Part shown: positions 11,481 to 24,149 of the stretch, one piece after another
Numbering within the stretch: the stretch's first letter is position 1
Layout of the letters: each line of letters starts with the position of its first letter
DNA from: Camelus dromedarius
Lineage: Eukaryota
Direction: 5' to 3'
Length of the DNA: 64,000 nucleotides
Assembly (NCBI RefSeq): GCF_036321535.1
Contig: NC_087453.1
Span: 44,020,001-44,084,000 of the forward strand
The notes under the pieces: model-generated
Databases searched by the model: none
Told to the model about the DNA's origin: nothing
The model's input: only the letters and a program-made list of their open reading frames with translations
Translations under genes and position numbers: made by a program

Positions 11481-12989
11481 TTCGATTCTGTGTAGAAGCC
11501 ATCAGGAGAGACCCGTCTCCTCAAGTGTCCTCAGTGGAGCCACGGAATTCAATGGGCTGATTCTCTTAGAAACGGGCTCGGGTGGTGAGGTTCATGTCCT
11601 AGCACTCGGGGATCTGGGGCGTGCGCTCCAGTGCCCTGGTGCTCCTTGCTCTGAAGCTGCCCCTTGGGTGTTCCTTTGCAGGAGGTCTGCTGTAGATGCA
11701 TTTCGGGGGTATGTTTACAGCACACAGTGAGCTTGTTAAACTGCCCTCCCTCACCCACAGTGGTGACCTCTATCAGCCATTTTTGCCCACTACGACCCCA
11801 CCTCTCAGGGCACGGCAGATCACCCTGGGGGTATGTGAGTGTGAGAATGGGGGCAGGGGCACCGAGTCCCAGCTGTCTGTCTCAGAGGGTGGCGGGGAGG
11901 CGGGAAGGTCCGACGGCTCAAAGGGAAGAGAAGGGTGCAGCCACACGCAGAGAGAAGCAGGGGCTGGGGGCGGAGAGAAATCCTGCCCGGGTCTCCGGGG
12001 TTCCGTTCCAGCCCTTCCCACCCTGACCTTTCTTGCTTGGGGCCCCCTGGATCCTACTGCCGAGCCTCCTGTGTGACTGATGCTAGCTGGAGTCCATTTC
12101 TGTCGTTTTCCACCACACTGTCGCATACAGACCTGCTTTCCCAGTCACTCTCCTCGATTTGTGGACATGAAATGGGCCATGAGCTGTGATCTGGGATGAT
12201 GCTTACCCGTGTTTGCTGAGCTCTCGGCTAGTTTCAGGGGAGACAGATGAGCAGCACAGGGGCCTGCTCTGTGCTCCATCTGCCCAGTCCCTGCGAGTCT
12301 GCAGAGAAGTGCGTTGTGGGAAGATCCTGTACCCTCTCAAAGGACAAGCTACCATGGCAACCATGGATGCCGGGTCCCGAGTGTACCAAATTTCCATGCT
12401 TTTAGTACCAAAGAAGAAAATAAAAAAGCCACCTAAATTTGTTTTCTCCCTTCAAGGGTTATTTTTTATGGAGGGAAAAGTAAAATCAAGGTCACAGAAT
12501 TCTTTTTTGTAAGGTAGATTTGGGGACATAGGTTAACCTTTTGAGCAGGTGGAGAGGTCCACATCAAAACACAAAAATGACTAAAACTCTGAAAGGATTG
12601 GATGAAGTCCAAGTAATGCTTTTATTTAAGATTCCATCAGTGCCAAGGGCAGAGGTGACTCACAGACTAATTCACCAAGCAGGCAGTTACCCCATGCTTG
12701 CTAGGTCCTGGCGCTAACCTGGCCAAGGGAGTCCAGGTGTGTGTGGGACACAGGCTCTGCCCAGTGCATCTGGCAGAGCCTCATCTTCCATTAGCAGCGT
12801 CAACAGAAGGGCACGTGCCCGCCTGCTCTTTGCTCGGAGCTTGGCGAGGCAGGAGGAAGTGTGACACAGTGCTCACTCCCTCCAGGGCTGCCTCATCCCG
12901 AGGGCTAAGAAAGCTTGTATAAAACGAGAGGCTCCAGCACAAAGCGTGTCCCAAGTTCACGAGGGTGGTGCAGATAAGCCCTGTCTCTG

Positions 12990-13290
12990 GGACTCAAGAG
13001 GGCGGGCTAGGTTGGCTGGAGTGATCTGGGAGGGCTTCACTGAGGAGGCAAGTCTTGACTTGCCCCTTTGATGAGAGATTGTTGTTGGGCGGAGAGAGGG
13101 ACGGAGGGTACTCCCAGGGGAGCGTGCTGCAGGTGACCCAGCTGATCCCTGTCTCAGCAGCTGGACTGACTGGCGTCTGGGCTGGGAAGCCTGTCTGGGT
13201 GTGGACTGTGGGGGCCTGGAAGGCTCAGAGGGCTGGATCTTGCTCTTCAGGGAATGGTAAGCCACGGCAAGTTTTGGAATAAAGAGTGGC
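12990..13290 (-). mobile_element. L2 fragment
   Basis: gatctgggagggcttcactgaggagg...ggatcttgctcttcagggaatggtaagccacggcaagttttg is antisense L2. Confidence 0.55.
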
Positions 13291-13489
13291 TTTATTTAGA
13301 ACTCAGCTCCATTAAGCTGAGCCCACGAGGAGCTGACAGCGCGGGGCGAGTGCTGGTACTTTAACGAGTGACGGGACCCTGTTTAAATGATCTGCCAGCA
13401 AAAGCTGTGGTTGGAAATCTGCAGTCATCTTGCTTCCCGGGTCTTCAGGGCAGGGTTTTCTTTTGGGGGACTGATTTTATTATCTGACG

Positions 13490-14015
13490 TGATGGGGTTC
13501 AGGGCACACTGCCCCAAAGATGGCCCCTTGGCATACGGACTAGCCCGAGCTGGAGGAGTAGAGAAGACGGCTGAAGCAGGAAGGCCACCCCGGCCCACCT
13601 GCTCTCCCTGCTTCCCTGAAATAGGTCATAGGACTCCCGTGTGCAAGATGCCCTCCCTGTACCAGGAGGAGGGAAGACGTCTTTAGCACCAGAGATGGGA
13701 AATTTGGGAGCCAAGAAACCTGCACAAACAAACCTTATTACCCTCACTCTCCTCTTTACCACTTACTCCCCGAGCCCAAACCCTTTGCCTTGTCAGTTCT
13801 TCACAAATGTATTGTTTCTTCAACTACAAGGTATCAAAGCTGTCTGCTCTGCTTACGTCCCCAGGTCTTTGTTCTCTCGTGAAGGCTCCTGTGCACGTAT
13901 AAAAATTCCATAATACTTGTATGCTTTGCTCCTGTTGATCTGTCTTTGTCAGTTTAATTTTTGGACCCAGATGGGGACCCTAAGAGAGTCGAGGAAAACT
14001 TTTTCCTCCCTTACA
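13490..14015 (+). mobile_element. ERV1 solo LTR (MER34/MER39-like)
   Basis: Begins TGATGGGGTTCAGGGCACACTGCCCCAAAGATGG and ends ...tttttcctcccttaCA, giving TG...CA termini. Length is about 525 bp. Confidence 0.8.
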
Positions 14016-14299
14016 CATGCCAGTACGCTTTGTAAAACTCCCAGTGACTAAGGGCATGCCTGGGGAGGCCGTGCAGTAGCGAGTGAACCTGGCCTGAGTG
14101 AGGCCACTGCAGGGCCCAAGAAACAGTGTCGGGCCGTGTCCACCCAGGGGAGAGGACAAGGGTAGTCACATCACTCAGAGGGCTCGGGATCCCCAGCTGT
14201 CAAAGCGCGAAAATCTCGCAGGGCTGCATGTGGGCCAGTGCCCTGACCATCTGCCCTCCGGGCCACTGTTCAGTGCATGCTGGGGGCTTCTCACTGCAG

Positions 14300-14676
14300 G
14301 TGCCCCCAGCTGTCCACCAGAGGGCCCTCTCCTGCATGCTTGGTCAAGGTGGGCAGGCAGAAGTGAACGTCCCCTGGGAACAGCCCTCAACCAACCATGA
14401 TGGTATTTGATGGACGCACCCCACGTCCTCACCCCGTCCCCAAGGTGGGACAGCTCTGCGCTGAGTGGTACGCTGCCTCCGAGTGCTCAGCCTGCTTGAT
14501 CTCAGTTGCCCACAGGGTGTCCTGACTCGTCCCACCTTCTCTGTCGGGTGGCTTCCCTTCCTGGCCTCACTTCCCCATTCCTGTCATGGTACTTCCTGGG
14601 ACCACCTCCCAGATAAACTACTTACACTCAAATTCTCATGTCAGGGTCAGTTTCTGGGGGATCCCAACTCAAGATA
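14300..14676 (+). mobile_element. LTR16-type ERVL LTR
   Basis: cagttgcccacaggg...cctcacttcccc...cctgggaccacctcccagataaactacttacactcaaattctcatgtcagggtcagtttctggggg is the LTR16 3' part. Confidence 0.7.
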
Positions 14677-16519
14677 AATCAATCAAAACCAGATCCTCTG
14701 ATATCCTGCATCCTTTAGCATCAGGCAAATTGGAATCACTGCTCTTTGGAGCATGAGTCCACCCTGGGTCTGCTTGTCCAGCCATAAGTAAGTTACTGGT
14801 GGCTTGCTGTGGGACGTCCCCCAAGTCCCACGCCTGCTCTGGGCCACTGCGTTCCCTCTGAGTGCTGTGGTATCGTCGGGTTTCTGTCAGCCGGGACAAT
14901 GTGCAGGGACAGTCTGTGAGAACCAGCTTTGCCCTGTTTGGTGGCTCTGTGGGTGGAGGGTGCATAGTTGCCGCACGGCATTTGGAGGTAAAGCCAGATC
15001 CAGGGATGCAGGAGTAAGCCCCACAAAGCCTCGGTCATGTCTGTTGGAACTTAACCTCGTCTTTCCCCTCCTGTGTTGAGGATGAATTTCAGGCTCACCG
15101 CTTCAGGGCTTTGAAAGTCTTTTTCTAGCCATGACTCAGTTTTCCAAAAAGCTAACATCCCCATCCTGGAACCCAGGACCCTCCATAGCTACTTTGTTTC
15201 TGAAACTTTCACCCTGGCAAGTTGGAAAATGTAAAGTCAGCAAAGAATGAATCTAATTAAAGCAAATTAGGGAGGACTCTTAAATCCTACCAAGCCATTT
15301 ATCTGCACACCTGAGACCAGCAATTTTTGGTGCATGTGAGTAAAAGTAATTTATTAGCTCCCTTGTCTGAGTTTCTCTTTCTGAGCCTGACTCTCCCGTG
15401 GCTCCCTAGAGAGGAAAGCCAGTGGGACTGAAATGATTTCTGGTAAGTGATCCCCAAGTGGGCAGATCAGACCAAGCCAGAGGACCTACAAACCAGCAAA
15501 GGTGTATCAAAAGTCAGGCAATATGTAATTATGAATTTTTAAGATCAAAAGTGGTTCTAAATAACCAGAAGTACTAGTACTGTTGCCCTTCGGGTGGTGC
15601 AGTCAATTGACAGAAGACCCGTGAGGGCATTTTTCTTGGGCAGTTTTAGCTCTAGTGATGAGTCCCTCTGTGAGGTCCGAGTTGAGCTCAAATGCCAGCT
15701 TGTCTGAGCTTCTAAAACAGACCTTTATGGTCATGGCTGTCAGTGTGGAATCTTACCTATTTCTTTCCACATTATCTCTGGACTTATGCTTATTAAGCGC
15801 TGCAACGCAAGAAACCAGCCCTTCTGTAAATAGCTTTCATGATGGGTCACGGGGGCTTGGACAGACTTCTCATTCCAGAGACCCTGGTGGAATCAGAAAA
15901 CGTGCCCAGCACCGGAAGTTCTGGATGACATGCTGACAAGGGGAAAGGGTCCTCCCCTGAGGTGGTGGGAGCCTTTGATGAAGGGGTGAACATGACTTCG
16001 TGGGGGAAGTGGGGGGTTGGATAAAGGTGCCAGACTGAGCGCACCTGTGAACCATGCCCCATTTTGCACCAGATCTCTAGAAATTCCAGAAAAGACATAA
16101 AACACATCCACTACCCCTCTGTAAGATTGCATATATTACCTTACATGGACCTGAAATTATGAGGAATGCATGAAAGTCAGAAAGGAGATGAAGTCGGATT
16201 GAAAGTGAAGGGGAGGGTTCTTTCAATGTGGGAGCAGCCTAGGGGTGCTGCGTGGGGGCTCCAGCAGAGCGCCGAGCTTGCGGGTGGGGAGGCAGGGGGA
16301 AGGGTTCTTGGGGTCATCTGTCCAGGTGACTGATGGGGTCTTGCTCGAGCAGCCAAGTGGGCTGCCACCTAACTTCATAAGTAGCAGCAGGCAGGTGGGA
16401 GCAGGGAGCGTGGGTACTTGGGGAGGAGGGTGATGCACCAGGTAGCTGCTGATACTACGGGCTGACAAGCTATTGACACGTCAGCATAACAGCTTGTTAC
16501 AAGTATCTACCAAATAGCT

Positions 16520-17385
16520 GGGGCATCTCCATCAAAGCTGGGAACAAGACAAGGACAGCACAATCGGCAATACTAGTAAGCATTACACTAGAGGCCAACA
16601 CGATACGAGAGGTAAAAATGAGACATTTGGAAATGATACGATAACTTAGAAAATCAAAGAAAACTAAGTTATTAGAACCAGTGAGAGTTCTATAAAGTGT
16701 TCTGATATAAGATCAACATAGAAAAATCAAAAGATTTCTTAAGCCCTAGCAATAATAAATGAGAAAATGTAATACTGAATGAGATTCCATAGCCACAAAA
16801 CTAAAAAATACCTAGTAATAAATGTAACAACAAACATGCAGAATCTAAGTGAAAAGAATTACAAATCCTTATTAAACGTCACCAGCAGAGAGCTGAGTAA
16901 GTGAAGGGACTTGCCGTGTTTTTAGACCGTCTCTTTTTCAGTTCTCACAAAATTAATCCATAAAATACAAATAAGATTTTAAAAAAGCATATGATGAAGT
17001 GTATTCTAGAGTTCTTGCCTTATCAGCTATAAAATAAATCATGACATCATCCTATACATCATATACAGTAACTTAGAAGCCAAATGTACAAGTAACTATA
17101 AAAGTAAAGTATTAGAGAAAATATGGGAACATTGTTAATAATCTTGAGATAGAATTTCCTTAAGCAAGACACAAAATGCATAAGGCATAATTGATAGATT
17201 TTGATAAATTATATCAAAATTAAAACTTCAGCATAAGTGGTGGCATAAAACCTTTGAATTACAACAATATAATGACCAGAAAATATCTGTAACATACAGC
17301 AGTTAAATGATTACTTACTATGTAAAGCGCTCCAAAGAGCAATCTTAAAAAAGCTAAAACAATGCTCCACAAAAATGAGCATGGC
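16520..17385 (+). mobile_element. Old L1ME ORF2 fragments
   Basis: A-rich, decayed ORF2 sequence (gagttctataaagtgttctgatataagatcaacatagaaaaatc; aaaaatacctagtaataaatgtaac; ttcctaagcaagacacaaaatgc). Confidence 0.7.
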
Positions 17386-18050
17386 TTAACCACAAAATTA
17401 CCATATACTCTGAAGTGTAGCCAAAATACTCTCCACTTTATTTCTCTATGCCCGATCTTACCGCTCCTGCGGGGACCCCATGATTTTGCCCTCTCTAGTC
17501 GGTGAACCAAGACACTCTGTGGACCAGCACACAGCGTGGTCTCTTTAGGTAGATGCCAGCCTCATCTGGATAAAATGCTTAGGCTTCCTTCCATCCCGGC
17601 CCGCTTCCTCCCTCAGGTGCGGCTGGGTGCGTGGGTGAGGTGGTGGCCTGTGTGGCCTCTGATGCTGAGGACAAGCAGAGGATCTGTTTGTTGACTTCTG
17701 GATGCTCCCTCGTGTTGCCTCAGTCCTTGGATTGATGACGCTCCAGATGCCACGGGTCCAGTGCCTGCGTCTTCCTTCCCCGCTGGCATCTGCGGCTCGG
17801 GTCTGCACTGATGCCTTGGGTTCCGGTCTCTCTCTTCGGTCAGTGCCTGCGGCCCTTTCTGGCTGGCCGGGCCCCACTGCTGCCTCACTGTGCGCTTCCG
17901 CCCCCCCCCCCCCCCCCGAGGTCAGCCTGTGTTCTCGAGCCGCGTGGCCCATCCCAGAGCCACTTCCCCTCGCCGGAGTGTCCTCCTCGCCCTTTGGCAC
18001 GCTCCCCAGCTGGCCACCCGGGTTCCTCTGGGTTCCATCAGTGCCACATG

Positions 18051-18264
18051 CAGGGTTGCCGGGTAAAATTCAGGATGGCCGGTTAAATTCAAGTTCCAGA
18101 TAAACAACAAATAATACTTTTTTTCGGTATAAATATGCCCCATATACTGCATGTCTCAAAAACTGTATCGTGCATGGTTGCACTAGAGGATTATTCCTTG
18201 TTTATCTGAAATTCAAATGTAACTGGACAGTGTATGTTTTTATTTGCTAAATCTGTCAACACCA
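18051..18264. mobile_element. MER53 palindromic hAT MITE with 8-bp TSD
   Basis: CAGGGTTGCCGGGTAAAATTCAGG...tttgctaaatctgtcaacacca. TSD gccacatg (18043-18050) and gccccatg (18265-18272). Confidence 0.9.
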
Positions 18265-19221
18265 GCCCCATGGGAGCCAAGGGCTGCTTGGGAGCGTTTA
18301 CCTGCAGCCCTCCCTTCTCCTGCCTGGCCCTTCTGCCACCGGGCACACTGGGCTGACTTGGTTGTGCCCGCCACTCCTGGGGCTGACGGTGAGAGCGAGG
18401 CCGTCCCCTTCCACCGTCTGGAAGGGAAGAAGGTTGATGCTCTGCTGCCTTTGACGTTCCCCCCAATTTACAGATGTGTCTCCACTCCTCCAACCCAGAG
18501 CAGTTAAGCTAGGCACCCTCCTTTCTCGGCTGACTCCTGGACGTCCTGTCATTTCCTTCTGCATCTCCAAGCTCCTCCAGGCTCCTGAAATGGCAAAGGA
18601 GGGAGATGTAGGAATTCAGACAGTCCCTTTTTCTCCGCACAAAGCCTGCCTTTGGAGACCATTATCTCACTCAAAACTTATTCTGAGTGTCAGAAACAGA
18701 GTATTAACTCTTGGCATCACCACTGTGGATAATTCTAAAATGCCTCCTTGGCCCCCAACCCCCAGGGCAGCTGGATTCCTCACGCTGACTAGGGAAGAGT
18801 CGGCTAAGGTATAATTTTCAAGATGCCAGAAACATGAGAAATATAAAATGAACACGCGCCTGAGATTTTATTTAGCTCCTTAAATATTGAAGGAGTCAGT
18901 CAGTTGCTAAAACAGATTCAAATCAGAATTTGCGTTACAGAGAGTTATATTCTCTCTGGGACAAAAGAACCACTTACACGGCTGCCACCTGGCTTCAGTC
19001 TCGCTGCTGCCCCTGCCGGATGTGAAGCAGCCCCGCCAGCGCACAGTCAGTGAAAGGCGCACGCGTCTGCGGAGCCAGGTGGTGGCTGGACGGTCCCCGG
19101 CAACACCCAGGTCGCCAGCGGGGATCTCTTTCGCTCATTCCCAAATCTTGGACTTTTTTTTTTTTTTTGAAAAAAATTGCAATATTGTTTTAAAAAGTTT
19201 AACCTGTTACAGATACTGAAA

Positions 19222-19520
19222 GATAATAAGTTCAAAGAGGAAATATAAATGGCTAACAAATGTGAGACTAAACGCTCAACCTCACCAGCACAGAGGCGGG
19301 ACCCATATCAAAACAACGCAAGACTTTGTATGAGTTACTATCAGGGGTGAGGAAGCAGACGCCCTCGCACCGATGTTGGAAGTATAAACTGGCCACATTT
19401 TCTGGAGTACGGGATGGTGCTGTCTGTTGAAATTTCAAATGCAAACTTCTTTGGCCCAACAATTTCACTTAAGGTCTAGCTCCTAAGGAAATGTATTCAC
19501 AAACATGCAAATGGACAATC
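19222..19520 (+). mobile_element. Old L1ME ORF2 3' fragment
   Basis: gaggaaatataaatggctaacaaatgtgagactaaacgctcaacctcacc...ttggcccaacaatttcactt...cctaaggaaat. Confidence 0.65.
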
Positions 19521-19524
19521 ATGA

Positions 19525-20925
19525 AAGCATCATTAATTCATGCACCAAATATTCATAAAGCGCCTACTGTGTGCTGAGTTCAGAGACACTCGTGATAAAT
19601 CAATGAACAAGGCAGGCAAAGATCCCTGCCCTCATGGAGCTTGTGTTCTCGCTGGAGCTCATAGACGGTGAGCAACGAACCTAAGGAGCATGTCAGTTCT
19701 CTAGGACTTTAGACAGTAGTAAGCACAAGGGAGCACAGGAGAGGAGGACGTTCTCCTTGACACTCTTAGGGTCCTGGCTGGGCCTGAAAATTAAACAAAG
19801 ATTAACAGGACAAAAGCATACGAATCTATTTAAAATATATTTTATGTGACACAGGAACCTTAAGGAAATGAAGACCAGAAGGAATAGTTTGAAGACCTGA
19901 GCATTTTTATGCTGGGTTTGGTGAAGACATAGCCCTGCGAGGATGTGACAGGTTAGGGACGAGGAGGAAATTGTAGTAAACTGGGGGGGAGCTTAGCAAG
20001 GCCCGTTTGTCAGGATTCGTCCTGGTTCCCCCTTGTCTTCAGAGATAAGGATGCCCTTTCCTCTGGGTGTGGGGAGGGCACCTCTCACATGAGGGTTTTA
20101 TGACCTGTTTTCAGGGAGAGGGTGGGGAAGGTCAGAATGACCCTCTTGCTTCTGCCATTTTCTCAAATGCCTTCAGCTGAAGCCATGCAATGTGCCAAGG
20201 TGCCATGTTTTGGGTTAGTGTGTCCTGAACGCCGCCGGGAGAAGCAGAAGTACTCAGGGGCGGCGGGAGGTGGAAGCAGGGGACAGGGTGGGCCTCACTG
20301 AGAAGGTGGGCTTTGAGCAAAGGCCTGCAGTGGGAAGGGAAGGTGTCGTGTAGGTATGTGCAGGAGCAGCAGGGCGAAGACCTGAGGTGGGCGTGTGCTC
20401 GGCATGTCTGAGAAACAGCGAAGAAGCTGGTGTACTTGGAGCAAGGGATGGGGGGTAGGAAAGGGAGACCGTGGGTAAAGGGGCACCAGCCCGAGGGGCC
20501 TTGCTGGACGCTGTAAGCACTTCGGCTGACTCTGTACATAAAATGGGAGTTTTGCAGGATTTTGAGCAAGGAAGGTTACACTGCCTGAATTTTGTGTTCC
20601 CAGAATCCGCCGGCAGCTGTGTAGAGGATATGTGGTCTGGGCAAGGGGACAGAAGCAAGGGCCCCAGGCGGAGGCTGTGTTGCTCCTGGCCTGGACGCGG
20701 GTGGCAGCAGGGGAGCTGAGAGGTGCTCAGGGCCTGCGGTGTCTGCGGACGGAAGCCACGTGACTTCCCGACCCTGAACCTGGGATCAAGGCTGACTCCT
20801 TGGCTGTCAACCTGGATGGGGGACATTGAAGATGGAGCAGGGTCCTCCCTGGGGCCCCCTGGGGTGAGTGGGAGAAGGCCATCCAGAGTTGAGTTTTGAA
20901 TATAAGAGGTTAGAGATGAAAGTTT
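19525..20925 (-). mobile_element. L2a, interrupted by an ERV1 LTR
   Basis: Antisense L2a 3' end (caaatattcataaagcgcctactgtgtgctgag...gatccctgccctcatggagctt). It resumes at about 20235 (ggcctcactgagaaggtgggctttgagcaaagg...ccatccagagttgagttttgaatataagagg). Confidence 0.8.
19735..20234 (-). mobile_element. ERV1 solo LTR (MER34/MER39-like)
   Basis: The right end gtgccaaggtgccatgttttgggttagtgtgtcctgaac is the reverse complement of the family start seen at 13490. Confidence 0.75.
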
Positions 20926-22251
20926 TTTTGTTTTTGTTTTTGTTTTTTTTGGCGATGGCTCAAAGTTGAAAATAACTTAAATAGCTCTCTATAGGGGAGT
21001 GATTCTGTAAACTAAGGTACAACAGAATGAAGTGGATCCATGTTTTAGAACAGCAAGATCTCCAAGACCAGGCATTAAAGAAAAAACCATGTACAAAGTA
21101 CAGTGTGACCTCATTTATCTGGCTGCCTCAGTGACAGCAGAATTACAGATTTCTGCACACACTCTTACCGATGTGGACAAGTATCAGAAGTCATACCCTT
21201 TCTACTACATGAATTTCTAAAGAAAGTCGACTTTTCTGTATTGCTTATATAATTTTAAAAACAGTGTAAAGAAAACGAAAGGAAATGATGAGAAATCTTG
21301 CCTTGCCTTGGCCCTGGTTTCCTTTTCTGTAAGGTGACCTTTAAGGTCCATCTGCCCCTAGGAATCCATGTTCTGTCATGTTACGTGAACCTGGGTCCTT
21401 TTCAATTTGAAGCCAAGGTGTGTTTATTCTTTTTATAAAGCAGCTTCAATTCTGGCCCAGAAAAGGACAGAATTTGACATTTTCCTCTAATCATGAAGTG
21501 AAGGATCCCTTTGAAGTATGACTAAAATTTGGACGCACTTAGGTTTTCAGTTCCATCTCAGGTAGTGGCTCAGGTGGACGGCTCCGTGGCGGGCCCTGTC
21601 CTAACTGTGCAGTGGCGTAGAAGCTGGAGAGGCGTGCGACACGTCCAGGCTGGAGACGTGTCATGGCTGGGCGGGTGAGCCTCGGGGATGTTAAGAAACA
21701 TTTCTTTTCTGCTTTACGTGCTTGATCGACCCTCACGTATATTCCCCAACCAAAGACTCTGCCTCACTCGCTCCTTGACGGTGTCTCCTGTCCCCTTCCT
21801 GCTGCCCCTGACCACTCAGCTCTCCGGCCAGGTGACTCACCCTTCGTGCAGGACTGTCACCGGCGAGGGGGATGTGTGAAAAGAGGTTCTGGGCAAGCAT
21901 GACCCTAAAGGCTAATGTCTTTCCACTCAGTGGCTCAACGCACAGTCAATCCCTGTGGGCAGAGTGTTTCTTTGTGTAAAAAAATAGAATTTATTTTTAA
22001 AAAGCTAAGAATAAATTTAAAAATATTCAATAGCTATGAGCTATTTGAAGCTGTTGACTTCCTCAAACTCCACATGATTATACTTTCATTTCTTTTTGTT
22101 TTTTTTCTGATAAAGAAACCAATTTTTTTTGTACTGATGTACAACAAAGTTTTAAAGTTTCCAAAAAGCATAAAATCGGGTACCACCCAGAGATGATCAT
22201 TCTTCACATTCTGGTGGATTTACTTCCAACCTCCCTCATATATATATATAC

Positions 22252-22663
22252 TGGTAAAGAAAACATTGTTCCGACACTTGTCAAAGCGGTCAGACTTTAT
22301 TCAGGACAATTGCAAGAGATGACAAGACTGTCGCAGTAGGGGAGAGAGACTGGGCTCCACTCCAAGCGCAGCCAGGACAGGTGGGGATTTACAGCCCAGC
22401 AAGCAGAGTGAGAGGGGCCAGTGCGGGGAGAACTGCTAAGAGGGGAAGTCAAGGGTGGGGGAGTGGCTCTTGCTAAACTGCCTTAACTGGATTCTTGCTG
22501 GAGGCGGGCCCACCGACCAGATAGCAAGGCTGGGGGATTCTCTCTAAATGGACTTAGAAGGGTTCTTGCAGGCAAAGACAGGGGCCAAGGCCGAGGCCTA
22601 GTGGAGACAAGGGCTCGGAGGAGCCTGCGGAAAGTTTGGTCAAGGAGAGAGGCTTTGCCAACA
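22252..22663 (-). mobile_element. ERV1-class solo LTR
   Basis: TG...CA bounded. Its reverse complement starts tgttggcaaagcctctctccttgaccaaactttcc, and the antisense polyA signal (tttatt) is near 22300. Confidence 0.7.
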
Positions 22664-24149
22664 AATGGGGACAAGCGAAACCCTCATCTGTTTATGAAAG
22701 CCGGTGTCTCTCCTCCCGTCTCTCTGCACAATGGCCTCCCCAGGAGAAGCAGGAAGGCGGGACACAAAGGGGCAAGGATGACAGAGGCAGCCGGCGGCCT
22801 CGAGGAAGGTAAAGCAAGCTTGCCCGAAGGGGGTTGTAGCAGAGAAAAGGCTGGGAACCTGGACGTCAGCTATGATTTTCTCATGATACTTCTTGATAGA
22901 AAGGGAGGGTGTGACTGTAGAGGCCGGGGTGGCGTTCAGGGTTCCCCAGGGAAGCACTAACTTTGACAGGTGGCGGAGGAAGCCGTTCCGGATCAGCACC
23001 TAAGGAAGCGCGTCCCGCATCATAAACACAAAAGAGCCACTTGGCGCTGGGAGGAAAGGGCCCCGTGTTTAATTCACTGTTCGGGTACCAACCCCATGTG
23101 CAACCTTGAGCCCGTCCCTCAGCTTCCCCAGGCTTTGCGTTCCTCATCAGTGGTGAAATCAGGGAGCAGAACTGGTCCGTCTGGAGCGCCTGTGAGCCTG
23201 CACTTCCCTCTTGTCTTGGACAACCTCACTCACTGACGGCATGACGTGCGCACCTCTCCCCGAGCAATGGCAGCGTCTGTCTGTCCCTGGGATCTCTCTG
23301 GAGGAGCTCTTCCTGCTGACTCACCACACCAACCTCAGGCTGCTGAGACGCAGGGGAGTGGCTGCCGGGATGCGCTGGGGTGGTTGGAAGATGTCGAGTT
23401 TGGACCAGGGTGAACCCGAGGGAGAGAACATTTTAATGAGCCTGCGTGGGCAGTGAGGCGGTCTGCGTGGTGTGGGCACAGCTTAACGGAGATGCTGCCC
23501 CCGCACCCCGCTCTCTCTGCCTCCCCCCCCAGGGCCTGCTCCCCGCCGCAATCGTGCTACTTAATTGCCGTCGCTGATAGAGACGAATGGGAGTCACTCA
23601 GCTGGGGAACGAGTGAAAAGAGCGACCGCGTGTGCGTCACCCAGGTTGCCAAACCTGGGTGGAAACTAGGCGGTGTTTTTATGTCTCCTGTGCTTTGCGG
23701 GGGCTCTAATGTTCCCCGCTGGCAACCATTACGGTGCTTTATATAGAACAGTGAAACAACACGGCACGCTAACCTTTGCAAATGACAGTCAGACAGCGCC
23801 TTCATGAGCAGGGCCCTCTGATGCAAACACGGGCAAATGAGACACAGCTTCAGCTCTCTTACCACTGACTACCTGCGCTTTGTGTAGCTTCCCCCCGTGG
23901 CGCACGTGACACAGACAATGCCAGCTTTTCTCTAGCTCCTGGACATGGGGAGAGGGGGCTGTCACAGATGGCCTCTGTAGGGCAGGCTGCGGCATCGGAC
24001 CGGCTCTCGCAGCCCCCAGGCTGCCCCCGCTCTGGGCCGCGCCATCTCTCCCCCAGCTTGCTGCAGTAGCTTTGTGCTGGGCTCCCCGTGTCTCCAGCTG
24101 CCCCACAGTGAGCTCTCACTCAGCAGCCAGAGAGATGCTTTGACAACTT

